Origin: a virus
Taxonomy: Duplodnaviria > Caudoviricetes
Direction: 5' to 3' (one strand)
Virus record (IMG/VR): IMGVR_UViG_3300025660_000448
Span: 1 to 63,072 of that record
DNA length: 63,072 nt
Each line of letters begins with the position of its first letter. Position 1 is the stretch's first letter. The notes under the pieces were generated by a model, which saw only the letters and a program-made list of their open reading frames with translations, was not told where the DNA came from and searched no databases. The translations under genes were made by a program, and so were the position numbers. Shown here piece after piece: positions 38,806-48,775 of this stretch.

Positions 38806-39237
38806 TTACTTTCGCCTCTTTCTGACCAACATGTGACCGACCTGTTTATTCCCTGCAAATGATTTGGGGAAATATCTTTTAAACAGATTCAAACTCCACC
38901 GACAAGCACCTTTTTCATTTCGGCCCATAGCATGAGCAAACTCATGTAAATATGTAACTACAGAACAATCCTCTAATACAATTAAATTCAGACTAGGTTT
39001 ATAACAACTTGGAGTTTGCCTGTTGAATACTATCCTGACATTTATTCCATATATTCCACATAACTGGCGATTTAAATATCTAAGTTTGGCCCTTCTTTCC
39101 CGTACAGTTCCCCTCCAAGGGAGAAACCTTTTAAACCTGTTAATCTCATTAATAGTGTCTTTGCGAAATTTCAGTGTGTCATCAATACACTCTTCTACCG
39201 TATCTGGATAGACTGGTTTTTTCCGTCTCTTTTTCAT
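38806..39237 (-). CDS. Basic HExxH metallopeptidase-like protein
   Basis: YLHEFAHA; paralogue of 39250-39807. Confidence 0.7.
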   Translation of the reverse strand: MKKRRKKPVYPDTVEECIDDTLKFRKDTINEINRFKRFLPWRGTVRERRAKLRYLNRQLCGIYGINVRIVFNRQTPSCYKPSLNLIVLEDCSVVTYLHEFAHAMGRNEKGACRWSLNLFKRYFPKSFAGNKQVGHMLVRKRRK

Positions 39238-39249
39238 GTTTTTGTTTGT

Positions 39250-39807
39250 TTACTTTTCGACACTATCATTAAAGATGTCAAAAGCAACGGCGGCATTCAT
39301 GACAACTGGTGAGATTGGTTTTTTTATTATGACAGGCAAGTTCTTTTTAACAAGTGCTTGTCTAATTTGGTTATTTTTTTCAAAAGATTTAGGGAAACAT
39401 CTTTTGAATAGATTTAAACTCCAACGATTCGCACCCTTTTCATCTCTTCCCCTTGCGTGAGCGAACTCGTGCAAGAACGCCAAAACAGAACAACTCTTTA
39501 ATACAATTAAGTTTTCATCGGGAAGATACACGTTTTTCTTTACAGCAATATCAAATGTTATACCAATATCTATTCCATATATTTCACAAAGATGTCGGTG
39601 TAAATATACTAGCTTGCTTCTTCTCTCTCGTATCGTTCCCCTCCAAGGCTTCATAGTTTTAAATTCATTTATAGCATTAAGAGTATCTTTGCAAAACTTC
39701 AACGTGTCATCAATGTGGTCATCTATCTTAGGATAGATGACTACCTTGCTTTTCTGTTTCTTCTTTTTGTTCTTGTTTTTATTTTTATTTTTGTTTTTCT
39801 TACTCAT
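39250..39807 (-). CDS. Basic HExxH metallopeptidase-like protein
   Basis: FLHEFAHA; shares IDDTLKF, PWRGT.RERR, RWSLNLFKR.FPKSF with 38806-39237. Confidence 0.7.
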   Translation of the reverse strand: MSKKNKNKNKNKNKKKKQKSKVVIYPKIDDHIDDTLKFCKDTLNAINEFKTMKPWRGTIRERRSKLVYLHRHLCEIYGIDIGITFDIAVKKNVYLPDENLIVLKSCSVLAFLHEFAHARGRDEKGANRWSLNLFKRCFPKSFEKNNQIRQALVKKNLPVIIKKPISPVVMNAAVAFDIFNDSVEK

Positions 39808-39818
39808 CTTCGAAAAAC

Positions 39819-40301
39819 CTATTTTTCACTTCTAATTTCAGCAATTATTCTTTTTGTCTCATTTCCGGCCATAACGTCACATTCTTCATTCTCTTGATGT
39901 CCAGTGTGCCCTCGAACCCAAGATGTTTCCACATCATGTTTTAATATAAGGAGGTGCAATCTTTTCCACAAATCCTTATTAGCAACCTCTTCTAATTCCT
40001 TGGTTTTATAATTTCTCTTTTTCCAACCCGCACGAACCCATTTAGGTAACCACTCAGAAATACCCTTGGTCACATACTGGCTGTCAGATGTTAGTATGAT
40101 ATTAAGCGATTTACCCACAAAAGACAAGTCTTCTAAGGCTTTTATTGGCCCCATTAACTCCATTCTATTGTTTGTAGTGCGACGTTCCCCTCCCGCACTT
40201 CTCTTTTCAGCCCCTTTGATTCGCATAATATAAGCCCACCCACCACAACTTCCGGGGATAGGGCATGACCCATCTGTAAAAATTTCTACTCTAGGCTTCA
40301 T
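39819..40301 (-). CDS. rnhA: Ribonuclease HI
   Basis: FTDGSC, TTNNRMEL, SDSQYV, NKDLW, WVRGHTG..ENEECD. Confidence 0.95.
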   Translation of the reverse strand: MKPRVEIFTDGSCPIPGSCGGWAYIMRIKGAEKRSAGGERRTTNNRMELMGPIKALEDLSFVGKSLNIILTSDSQYVTKGISEWLPKWVRAGWKKRNYKTKELEEVANKDLWKRLHLLILKHDVETSWVRGHTGHQENEECDVMAGNETKRIIAEIRSEK

Positions 40302-40920
40302 ATCGCTCCTTAAACTCATTGAAATAATTAGAGAACACCTTGGGAATATACCAACTCTTCTTAAAATCATATTCTGAAAGGGTTTCTCTATCTGATGTAG
40401 CTAAGTATGCCTGTATTTCATCTACGACAACACTTTTATCATACCCCATATCTCGTATCCACTTTGCCACTTCATTCTTTCTTTTGTAATTCTTAACCAA
40501 CTTCCTCATTGTTTTACGATATGCAGGAGAAAGTGAAAAATATGCATGTGCTTCTTCGTGAATAATATCTTCATCCTCAAATGTGCCTATTAAATAAAAA
40601 TCATCCTCCCCGTGTTTTATCACCTTTTCTACAAGGGCAATCATCTTCTTTTCTTTATCAAGTAAATCTAAAGAAAACATCTTTATAAATTTTTGATACA
40701 CTTTTCCGGGGACATTAAAACCGGACCAATCAGAACAATAAGTAAAATCACCTGTCATAAAAGCATATTCATCCATAAACTGCTCTAATGTGAAGTATTT
40801 ACCTCGTATCTTTTTAGAAGGAGATTCGTTAAACTCTTGTAATCTCATAAAAGTTGATGTTACTTGATACCTTGAATCAAATGAAATATAAATAATTTTA
40901 TCTTTTCTTTCAATTTTCAT
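40291..40920 (-). CDS. Hypothetical HExxH protein
   Basis: IIHEEAHA ... DEIQAY. Confidence 0.65.
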   Translation of the reverse strand: MKIERKDKIIYISFDSRYQVTSTFMRLQEFNESPSKKIRGKYFTLEQFMDEYAFMTGDFTYCSDWSGFNVPGKVYQKFIKMFSLDLLDKEKKMIALVEKVIKHGEDDFYLIGTFEDEDIIHEEAHAYFSLSPAYRKTMRKLVKNYKRKNEVAKWIRDMGYDKSVVVDEIQAYLATSDRETLSEYDFKKSWYIPKVFSNYFNEFKERYEA

Positions 40921-40982
40921 TAACTTATCATAACATTAAGAAAATAATTTTCAAGTAATAAAGAAATGATAAAAAAAAGCGC

Positions 40983-41011
40983 TTGAAATACTATACTGTT
41001 TCTGATATAAC
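40983..41011 (+). promoter_or_regulatory. Sigma70-type promoter
   Basis: TTGAAA-17 nt-TATAAC with TGn extension. Confidence 0.65.
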
Positions 41012-41059
41012 TTTCTCTAACATTAATTAACTAAATTTGGGTATGCGAAAGATGAAAAA

Positions 41060-41307
41060 CTCCCGTCCATACCTACTATTAACCAATTTCAACTAACCAC
41101 TAATTCACAAAGCAATGGGATAAGAATGACTCCCCGACACATTGCATAACATTTTGTGGTATAGACGTGGGAGATGCAAGGCCGCTTGCATAGTTTATTC
41201 GTCTAAAAAAAATAAACATCGAGTAAAAGGGATAAAGAAAAACTTATTCCAGAGATTCCCCTCTTGTTATTTCTTCGTTTAAAGCGTGGAACAAGGGGAG
41301 TCTCCGG
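41060..41307 (+). ncRNA. Candidate structured RNA / long 5' leader
   Basis: Nested long hairpin 41060-41173, tetraloop hairpin 41174-41191, long hairpin 41249-41307. Confidence 0.5.
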
Positions 41308-41372
41308 GGATTTAACCTACTGTAAGATTAATAGAAATAAGTAGATACTAAGTAAATACGAGAGATTTCAAA

Positions 41373-41891
41373 ATGTCAGATAAAGTGTTACTAACGCAAG
41401 CTATTCTCGAATCTCTAAGAACTCAATCTGGTGGTTTCAATAGAGATACTCTGATGCTAATAGGTGTTGGATGGCCACCATATAAAAAATGGAAAAAGAA
41501 GTTAGTCGGCACAGAAATAGATTCTGAGTTACTATCTTTAGCATTACGCTCATCTGAAAACATAGTTTCTGAAGAAATACTTTATAAATCTGCTAAGGCT
41601 CTTAGTCCTCCTTCTTATCCACAACAAGAATCTAAATTTGAAATTCAATCATTCATATATTCTTCTTTAAAAGACCATTTTGATATTAGAGGGGAAGTGT
41701 ACTTAGGTTACAATACTCTTGACCTTGTAATAATATTTTCTGATGATAAAGCAGTAATGATTATCAATGTTCTAAGAGAAGGAGAAGAAGTTGTGTATCA
41801 TGGTCGGCTTCCTATTCGAATAATCCGAAATATGGTAGATGCCGAAAAACTTATTAGTGTTTTTATGAAGAAAAGCCTAGGTTTAATCTAA
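41373..41891 (+). CDS. Hypothetical protein
   Basis: ORF; C-terminal half faintly nuclease-like (RGEV...DLVI). Confidence 0.6.
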   Translation: MSDKVLLTQAILESLRTQSGGFNRDTLMLIGVGWPPYKKWKKKLVGTEIDSELLSLALRSSENIVSEEILYKSAKALSPPSYPQQESKFEIQSFIYSSLKDHFDIRGEVYLGYNTLDLVIIFSDDKAVMIINVLREGEEVVYHGRLPIRIIRNMVDAEKLISVFMKKSLGLI

Positions 41892-41913
41892 GGTTTATGG
41901 TATCATCTCCGAA

Positions 41914-42618
41914 ATGAATCCGGCAGAACAAATTATCAAGTACAAAATGACCCAAGACGAGATTTCTGCATATAAACTGTGCATCTTATGGGATTCAATT
42001 TGTGAAAAAGAACTACCTCGTTACAAACGTATCAAATCAAAACAAACGGGCGACCCTCGAAAATCACTTTTATTCAGATATTGTTATAAACTTCTTAAAG
42101 AAACTCGTGGGTTGATAGAATATAAGAATTATAGGTTGTATATCACCGCACAAATACATGTTTTACGGAATATTAGTGATGGTAATGTACATGCGTTAAT
42201 TGAACCGGGGTGTTTAACTGGAGATGGTGCGTGGCGAAGATGGAAATTGTGGAAAAAACGTTATGATAAAGCGAAGATTGCACAAGCCGTTCCACATAGT
42301 GATGGAAAATCTAGTTTTTCCCAAATTCAATCTGCCCTTATACGTACAAAGAAGTTTCTGTTCGAAAAGTTTGATGGACCACCTAGTTCAGACCAAATAC
42401 ACGCAGCAGTACAGGAATTTTTGATTGTAAAGTGGTTAACTCTCGGTAAAATCTCACCTTACTACGTTTTATTATCGCCATTTGTGGCTAACTCTATTGA
42501 CAAAAAGAGTTTTGAAGAGTATTTTATGTTCGACCTCAGTATTTACAAATCTTCTGTGACGGACGAAGTTAATAATTTGTTTTTGAAAGAATTTGATTAT
42601 GAGTATGACAAAAAGTAA
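41914..42618 (+). CDS. Hypothetical protein
   Basis: 234-aa ORF. Confidence 0.65.
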   Translation: MNPAEQIIKYKMTQDEISAYKLCILWDSICEKELPRYKRIKSKQTGDPRKSLLFRYCYKLLKETRGLIEYKNYRLYITAQIHVLRNISDGNVHALIEPGCLTGDGAWRRWKLWKKRYDKAKIAQAVPHSDGKSSFSQIQSALIRTKKFLFEKFDGPPSSDQIHAAVQEFLIVKWLTLGKISPYYVLLSPFVANSIDKKSFEEYFMFDLSIYKSSVTDEVNNLFLKEFDYEYDKK

Positions 42619-43834
42619 ACAGCTTAAGAAACCAATGAGTATTGAATTCACTGCATGGAATCGTGATGGAGAATTTGGCATTGTTTCAAAGCATCCTGTA
42701 GCTAACACGCTAACACACCAAGTTCTGAATACTTACACTTGTAGGGAAACATTTGCGACTCAATGGGGCCGAGCCGTTAGGAATGGCTCGGGCAAAATGA
42801 GTCTAACAGCTTCTACGAAGAATCGTGAAAAAATAGTAAAATTTTTCGAAAAACTAGAAGATAAACTGGAGCTTAAAGACCGAACTACTTTTCATTGTAT
42901 TGCCAATCGCTCCACTGGTTTGATAATAGAACCATCTAAGTGGTGGCTTAGGTCAGCGATGAGACGTTCTATTTTTACGATTTTTCTCCGAGCAGGAAAA
43001 CATTATACAAGTAATTTTGATGCAGCAATACAGTCACAACAATATTTCCAACGAACCAAAAATGCTGTGGACCGATTTTTAGACGGCCATACTTACTATA
43101 GGGGAAGAAGTGGTGGTTGGGTAAATGTATTTAATTATGCTGGAAAGGCAAAAGTGAAGCAACAATTAAAATCAGAAGCCGAAAAACAACCAAGAGTTCC
43201 TATTTTCGGAAAACAAATAGACATCACTTTTCATTCTTTAAGCAGGGCAGAGGCAGGAAATTATGCTCCTTTAAAGTTAAACAAAAGAAAACCACCAACT
43301 CGTCACAGAACAGAATACTGGTCTTATTGTAGAGAAAAAATGGATGGTCGTAAATGGACTTCCATTGTGTTTTGTCATAAAAGAGCAGAAGGAAAACACG
43401 TCGCAGCTTTTATTCGACGTATAGAAAAAAAACTACAAATTCCAAAACTCTCAACATGTGGTCCAACTAATAGAAAAGGGGTTATGTGGATTAAAGTATC
43501 TCCATTTTGGCGTAGCACAAAGATGCGAAAATCTTTTTTCACTGCTATGCTTCGGGCTTCTCTAGTCTACAATCCAAACAAATTAGGAACATGGACAAAA
43601 GCACTAACAAAAACTAAGTATTTCAAACCAACCGCATTTGCGGTAAAACGATTTTTACAAGGGTATACTGGGTGGAATGGTAAAGCAGTAACACGGCGTC
43701 GGCGATTTGGCCAACGTGTGCAGAAAAAAGCCCCTCGCAGAAACAAGTCGTTTTCAGGATGGGTTGATGAGTTTTCAGACAACAAGAGACACAATGAAGA
43801 TATTAAACAAATGATGAAGAGAGTCGTAATATGA
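42593..43834 (+). CDS. Basic protein with two tandem copies of an unknown domain
   Basis: CRE...E.KL...W..S.MR.S.FT..LRA...YF..T..AV.RFL.G...GWV..F occurs twice. Confidence 0.75.
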   Translation: MIMSMTKSKQLKKPMSIEFTAWNRDGEFGIVSKHPVANTLTHQVLNTYTCRETFATQWGRAVRNGSGKMSLTASTKNREKIVKFFEKLEDKLELKDRTTFHCIANRSTGLIIEPSKWWLRSAMRRSIFTIFLRAGKHYTSNFDAAIQSQQYFQRTKNAVDRFLDGHTYYRGRSGGWVNVFNYAGKAKVKQQLKSEAEKQPRVPIFGKQIDITFHSLSRAEAGNYAPLKLNKRKPPTRHRTEYWSYCREKMDGRKWTSIVFCHKRAEGKHVAAFIRRIEKKLQIPKLSTCGPTNRKGVMWIKVSPFWRSTKMRKSFFTAMLRASLVYNPNKLGTWTKALTKTKYFKPTAFAVKRFLQGYTGWNGKAVTRRRRFGQRVQKKAPRRNKSFSGWVDEFSDNKRHNEDIKQMMKRVVI

Positions 43835-44325
43835 GCGAGAATAATCTTTATCTAATCATTGAAGATTTAATGTCTAATCACTTAGCTATAAGTTTAGAAC
43901 GTAATTCTATTACGGCATTTGTTGATTTTGATGCACCGGAGTTAATTTTTAGTATATCTAATTTGTGCGACCTTAAAAACTTTTTGGCGGAAGCAATCTT
44001 GGTATTACGTTCACGCATGAAAGGTATTGTTATTGAGCCAAGACGACATAAGATTAAAACAGGGAATACTACTCTTAATTGGGCACAACTTAAATTATCT
44101 CCATCACCGCCACCGATGTCGGCCCCAGCATCTCCAAATTCTGTTTATATGTCTTTGAAAAATCTCATGCAATCTAAACGAAACATTACAAATTGTATTG
44201 TAGAAATGATGTTAAACAAAAAAAAAGAAGATGCGTATCGAAAAAGATTAAAAGCACTTGATGATGGTCTGGCAGGTTGTGGGCATAAAATTCGCAGGGC
44301 TTCCGGTATAGGCTGGGGTGGTTAA
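43831..44325 (+). CDS. Hypothetical protein
   Basis: ATGA-coupled ORF. Confidence 0.6.
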   Translation: MSENNLYLIIEDLMSNHLAISLERNSITAFVDFDAPELIFSISNLCDLKNFLAEAILVLRSRMKGIVIEPRRHKIKTGNTTLNWAQLKLSPSPPPMSAPASPNSVYMSLKNLMQSKRNITNCIVEMMLNKKKEDAYRKRLKALDDGLAGCGHKIRRASGIGWGG

Positions 44326-44531
44326 TTATTTTGAACCCATTCTTTGAATGATAATTTTCTTACTCTATTTAATGGTTTATTAGGGTGAAGTAATAAATCA
44401 TCTAGCGTTTTATGTCCTTTATCTGTCATTAAACCATGCCAAGCTCTTTTACGAGTTATAAGAGGATATTTTTTGAAAACAGTTGTTAATGCTTTCACCA
44501 TATCTTGTGCTGCTTTTTTAGCTGTTGCCAT
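44322..44531 (-). CDS. Hypothetical protein
   Basis: GAGG RBS; C-terminal LSFKEWV. Confidence 0.6.
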   Translation of the reverse strand: MATAKKAAQDMVKALTTVFKKYPLITRKRAWHGLMTDKGHKTLDDLLLHPNKPLNRVRKLSFKEWVQNN

Positions 44532-44540
44532 ATCTACCTC

Positions 44541-45323
44541 TTAGTACATCTCGAACATTACCACATTAGCTTTTACAATTTCATCAATAGATTGTGATGG
44601 AACAAAATGCATATCCCACTCACTTGGACGTATTTTCCAATCATAACCCCGGCCAGCTTCGGAACCTATATCAGAGGCCCAACATCTGATTAATCCTTTT
44701 TCTGGATAATATGTTGTATTTAAACTGAATTGTTCTACTCTTCTTTGAGATGGTGCCTCGACACCCATTCCAGCCATTTGCCAACTTGTCAGATAACTAT
44801 TTTCTTTTACCTTTTTCACACCCTTAAAAATGAATTTTTCTTGGGCATTAAGTCTCATATAATAACTTATTTTTGATACTAAGTTTTCAATTTTCGTGAA
44901 ATCTTTTGATGGCATATCAACCATTTCGTTATCAATTTTTTTACATTCATCTATCATCCCATTTGCTATTTCTGATTCTTGCCCTTTTTTAGTTTCAAGA
45001 ATAGAAACTACTCGCTTTGTAATCCACACAGGACTTCCTTCTAAATCTTCAATTTTTCTTTTTACCACTAAAGAAAAAGAAGCAGGATAAGATTCTACTT
45101 TGATAGCACCTGTGAAATAACCCCATTCAACAATATTAGACCAATTTTGACGACCAGCCTTTATCCCTAGGTCGAACTTTGTGATTTCTTTAAGTACATC
45201 ATCCACACGTAAATTGTCCGCAGGGTCTTGAAGCTTTTTCCATTTAATTGGTTCTATTTTCTTATCAAAACCAAATATGTCAGCTTTTTCGTTAAACAAC
45301 CAAGATTTAAAACTTTTATGCAT
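44541..45323 (-). CDS. Hypothetical protein, possible head protein
   Basis: N-terminal KSFKSWLFNE. Confidence 0.65.
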   Translation of the reverse strand: MHKSFKSWLFNEKADIFGFDKKIEPIKWKKLQDPADNLRVDDVLKEITKFDLGIKAGRQNWSNIVEWGYFTGAIKVESYPASFSLVVKRKIEDLEGSPVWITKRVVSILETKKGQESEIANGMIDECKKIDNEMVDMPSKDFTKIENLVSKISYYMRLNAQEKFIFKGVKKVKENSYLTSWQMAGMGVEAPSQRRVEQFSLNTTYYPEKGLIRCWASDIGSEAGRGYDWKIRPSEWDMHFVPSQSIDEIVKANVVMFEMY

Positions 45324-45356
45324 TATATTATTTAGGCCTCACTAAATAGATTTGTT

Positions 45357-45632
45357 ATGATGAAATTTAAGACATGGGTAGAAGAGAGAAATTCAGAGCA
45401 ATCTGGGATACAAAGTGGGCTTCTAGAATTTTTGAAATCAAAGACGGGAATTGACGATGATGAGCAACTTCTTTCTATGAATACGAGTGAATTTACGCCC
45501 GAATTAATATCCGATTTACAACAATGGGGACCAGTAAACACGGCGGCTGACCCAGAAATACTTGATAGAATTAAGAATGGGATAGAAATCAAAGAATTGG
45601 CTGATGCATTAAGCGGAATTCATGGTATTTAA
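45357..45632 (+). CDS. Hypothetical protein, possible head-internal protein
   Basis: MKFKTWVEE; CTAAATA upstream. Confidence 0.65.
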   Translation: MMKFKTWVEERNSEQSGIQSGLLEFLKSKTGIDDDEQLLSMNTSEFTPELISDLQQWGPVNTAADPEILDRIKNGIEIKELADALSGIHGI

Positions 45633-46027
45633 TTCGCAAATACTGAAGATTTACCTTCTTTACTTACACCAATTATCATTTGATTATTAAAAGTCCGTTC
45701 ACCGGGTTTTGCAAAATATGGTCTTTGTGTTAATCTTTCATCTGGAATCTCATCATTAGCTTTTTCTATATATTTTATTGTTACTTCATAGATAAAATCA
45801 CCCTCAACTTTAGATTTTTTCCAATCGCTTCCATATCCTGAAATTTTTACAATTTTCAAAATCTCGGCTGATTTTCTCACTTGTTGTACGTGTGCAATTC
45901 CTTCTGGAGTACTACATGGACCCAAACCTTGTGTTTCGCATGAGATAATATCATCTAATTCAAATGGAAACTCCTCAATGTTGATTTGCTCTTCTTGTTC
46001 CACTATAAATTGTGTAAATGTTTTCAT
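45629..46027 (-). CDS. Putative head-internal protein
   Basis: MKTFTQFIVE resembles the T4 capsid-targeting sequence MKTYQEFIAE. Confidence 0.65.
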   Translation of the reverse strand: MKTFTQFIVEQEEQINIEEFPFELDDIISCETQGLGPCSTPEGIAHVQQVRKSAEILKIVKISGYGSDWKKSKVEGDFIYEVTIKYIEKANDEIPDERLTQRPYFAKPGERTFNNQMIIGVSKEGKSSVFAN

Positions 46028-46031
46028 ACAA

Positions 46032-46469
46032 TTATATACGCTTTTTTCTTAATAATGGCACGAACAAAACAGAAAATAGAATTAAAGTAGCTGGTTCTGG
46101 AATTGGCTCTATTTCAAATGGAGTTATTTCTTGATTGTAATATGCTTTAAATCTTACTCTATACCAAGAAGCTCTTAATCCATTTTCTATCTCTAAGTCC
46201 ATATCTTCGTAAAAACTTAAAGTATATAATTCTGATATACCATAATATTCATCTGGTAAAATAGATATTGAATCAAATCTTTTGTACGTGTGCGTAAGAA
46301 AAATATTCACATGAAGTGGTGATGTTAAATTTCTATTTATCTCAGTATTTCCGTCTGCTTGCCATGGAATTACAAATTCTTTTCTAGGTCGAAAGTCATT
46401 TCTAATGACATCAGCATTTATAACTGAGCAAAAACATAAAATAGACAATATGAATAATATTTTCATCAT
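46032..46469 (-). CDS. PEP-CTERM sorting-domain protein
   Basis: N-terminal signal peptide; C-terminal IPEPATLILFSVLFVPLLRKKRI. Confidence 0.82.
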   Translation of the reverse strand: MMKILFILSILCFCSVINADVIRNDFRPRKEFVIPWQADGNTEINRNLTSPLHVNIFLTHTYKRFDSISILPDEYYGISELYTLSFYEDMDLEIENGLRASWYRVRFKAYYNQEITPFEIEPIPEPATLILFSVLFVPLLRKKRI

Positions 46470-46500
46470 TATATTATACTAAAATTACTCTAATAATGAA

Positions 46501-47361
46501 ATGATTAATCAACTTAACATACCAAAAAAACTTAGAAAAAGAATGGGTGTGGACTCTCTTTCTATATCATTTAATGAAAATGAAGGTAAAATTGAGCGGT
46601 CGATAAAAGATACTCAGCAATGGGAACCTCATATTCAAAATGTTTTAGGAAATATACTTAAACCAGAGGATATATTTTTAGATATTGGTGCAAATATTGG
46701 AATTCATAGTGTTTTTGCATCTAAATTAGCCAAAGAAGTTATTGCTTTTGAACCTAGCAAAAAAACTTTTAAACACTTATTAAAAACTGTTGAATTAAAT
46801 AATTGTGATAATATAACTTGTCACAACATAGGCTTATGGGACCAAGATGAAACTAGATTGTTTTGTCACCTTAAAGATGACCATGGTGGAAGTCATTTTA
46901 CTACTGTCGATTATCATGAATCTAACGCTATAAAAAGTGATGTTGAGGTAAAAAGATTAGATAATTTAAAAATTCCTCATGTAGATGTAGTAAAAATAGA
47001 CGTAGAAGGTGTTGAAAAATTTGTTTTAAGAGGCGGCGGAAAACTCTTTGACGAATGCCCAATCTTATTCATCGAATTCAATGGGAAGGCATGTTTAAAA
47101 CATACAGGTAAAGACCTACTTGATACTTTATATCAAATAATGTCATTTGGTTATAGAAACATCTATTATATGGCGCAAGGAAACAGTGATAAATCAATAA
47201 TAATTCCGCCCCACCCAGATTCTACACCCAGCACTTTTTGGAAAAAAACAAATTTTGATTATTTCCAAACAGTGATAAAAAACAATGCCGCTCACGGTAA
47301 TTTAATTTTCACCGATGTTATATTTTTGCCACCCGAAAAAGTTATATCAGGATTAGTATAA
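46501..47361 (+). CDS. FkbM-family methyltransferase
   Basis: FLDIGANIG, AFEP, VKIDVEG. Confidence 0.9.
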   Translation: MINQLNIPKKLRKRMGVDSLSISFNENEGKIERSIKDTQQWEPHIQNVLGNILKPEDIFLDIGANIGIHSVFASKLAKEVIAFEPSKKTFKHLLKTVELNNCDNITCHNIGLWDQDETRLFCHLKDDHGGSHFTTVDYHESNAIKSDVEVKRLDNLKIPHVDVVKIDVEGVEKFVLRGGGKLFDECPILFIEFNGKACLKHTGKDLLDTLYQIMSFGYRNIYYMAQGNSDKSIIIPPHPDSTPSTFWKKTNFDYFQTVIKNNAAHGNLIFTDVIFLPPEKVISGLV

Positions 47362-47413
47362 ACAAATATAAATAATATTTGAAAATAGTTGTTTTTTATT
47401 GTAAACTAATGAT

Positions 47414-48088
47414 ATGGAATTATTGATAATTAGACACGCAGAAAGTCGCCGTAATATGGGGGTTACTTATAACCTAGATAGCACTATAACAGATGAAGGA
47501 ATGTCCCAAGCTTGTAGAACAGCAGCTTGGTTGTATGAAAATTTCAAATTTGAGGGTTACAAAGGGCTTGTTAGCCCCTATCATAGGACTTTACAGACCG
47601 CATCTGTTTTATCTGAAGTATTGGAAACTGAATTTTGTATAGATGATAGATTAGCTGAATATAGATTTCAAAATCCAGATGTTGTTAATATCCCAAATAG
47701 GTCTTTACTTTTTCAAAATATTGGTTGGCCTAATGATTGGCTCGATGAGAAGGAAAGACCATTTGCCCCAGAAGCTATTGATTTATTCATAGACCGTTCT
47801 CTTGAATTACTTCTTGACCTAAAAAAATCTGGACATGATAAATATATATTGGTGACACACGGTGCTCCATCTGTTATGCTTTCTAAGCTGGCAATTGGAA
47901 ATACCAGAGAAGAAATAAAGCAAGAATGTGAGAGAGCCAATAAAATACTGGAATCTCATGAAGTAAAGGATTTTTTAGAAGAAGTAGCAAAACAAAGTAG
48001 TGCATTCATAAGCGGTATGAAAAATTGTGGAATGACTTGGATTGTTGAGGAAGAACCTATGTGGTTCTCAAAAGTGGTGTATAAATGA
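47414..48088 (+). CDS. Histidine phosphatase superfamily protein
   Basis: IRHAES, SPYHRTLQTA, LVTHG. Confidence 0.88.
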   Translation: MELLIIRHAESRRNMGVTYNLDSTITDEGMSQACRTAAWLYENFKFEGYKGLVSPYHRTLQTASVLSEVLETEFCIDDRLAEYRFQNPDVVNIPNRSLLFQNIGWPNDWLDEKERPFAPEAIDLFIDRSLELLLDLKKSGHDKYILVTHGAPSVMLSKLAIGNTREEIKQECERANKILESHEVKDFLEEVAKQSSAFISGMKNCGMTWIVEEEPMWFSKVVYK

Positions 48089-48774
48089 GCAAAAGTAAAA
48101 TGAGATTTGTAAATTATGTAGACAGAAAAGAACAAAAAGTCTGCGTTATGATGAGAGGTATTTCAGGAAGCGGCAAAAGCTATACTGCCAAACAAGTTTT
48201 AAAACAGTATGGCGAAGACCTAATCCCTGCGAATCACATCTTTGGCTCGGATGATTTTTTCATATCTGATATCCTTAAAGAAAAACAGGGAAAGCGTGAC
48301 CGTGGTGAAGAAATTGATGATGAATACTACGCAGAGCTAGAACCAGAAACTTATAAGGATAATTGGAGTGCAGATAAATTACGCACTGCTCATATGTGGA
48401 ATTTCCGTAGATTTGAAGATGCTTTATCTCGTGATGTCACTCCTGTTATCATTGATAATACTAATGTTCAAGCATGGGAAATGGAAAATTATATTAAAAC
48501 CGCTAAAAAAGCGGGATATAAGATTTATATACAAGAACCAACTTCTCCTTGGTGGCAAGACCATGCTCATATGTTTGCTGATAAAAAGAAATATGGGAAA
48601 CAATTAGAAGATTTTGCAAGATTCTTAGCAGGACATCATCATGGGATGGCTGATAAATATGGAGTTAAAGGTGGAAATCAACATAGTGTCCCTCTTCATA
48701 CTCTCAGAAAAAAAATCAGACAATGGCAACCCAATTTGACTCCAGAAGAAGTTTTGGAAAAGAAGAAGAGATGA
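48085..48774 (+). CDS. P-loop kinase (AAA_33 / polynucleotide-kinase-like)
   Basis: MRGISGSGKS, SDDFF, IIDNTN, NQHSVP. Confidence 0.82.
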   Translation: MSKSKMRFVNYVDRKEQKVCVMMRGISGSGKSYTAKQVLKQYGEDLIPANHIFGSDDFFISDILKEKQGKRDRGEEIDDEYYAELEPETYKDNWSADKLRTAHMWNFRRFEDALSRDVTPVIIDNTNVQAWEMENYIKTAKKAGYKIYIQEPTSPWWQDHAHMFADKKKYGKQLEDFARFLAGHHHGMADKYGVKGGNQHSVPLHTLRKKIRQWQPNLTPEEVLEKKKR

Positions 48775-48775
48775 G

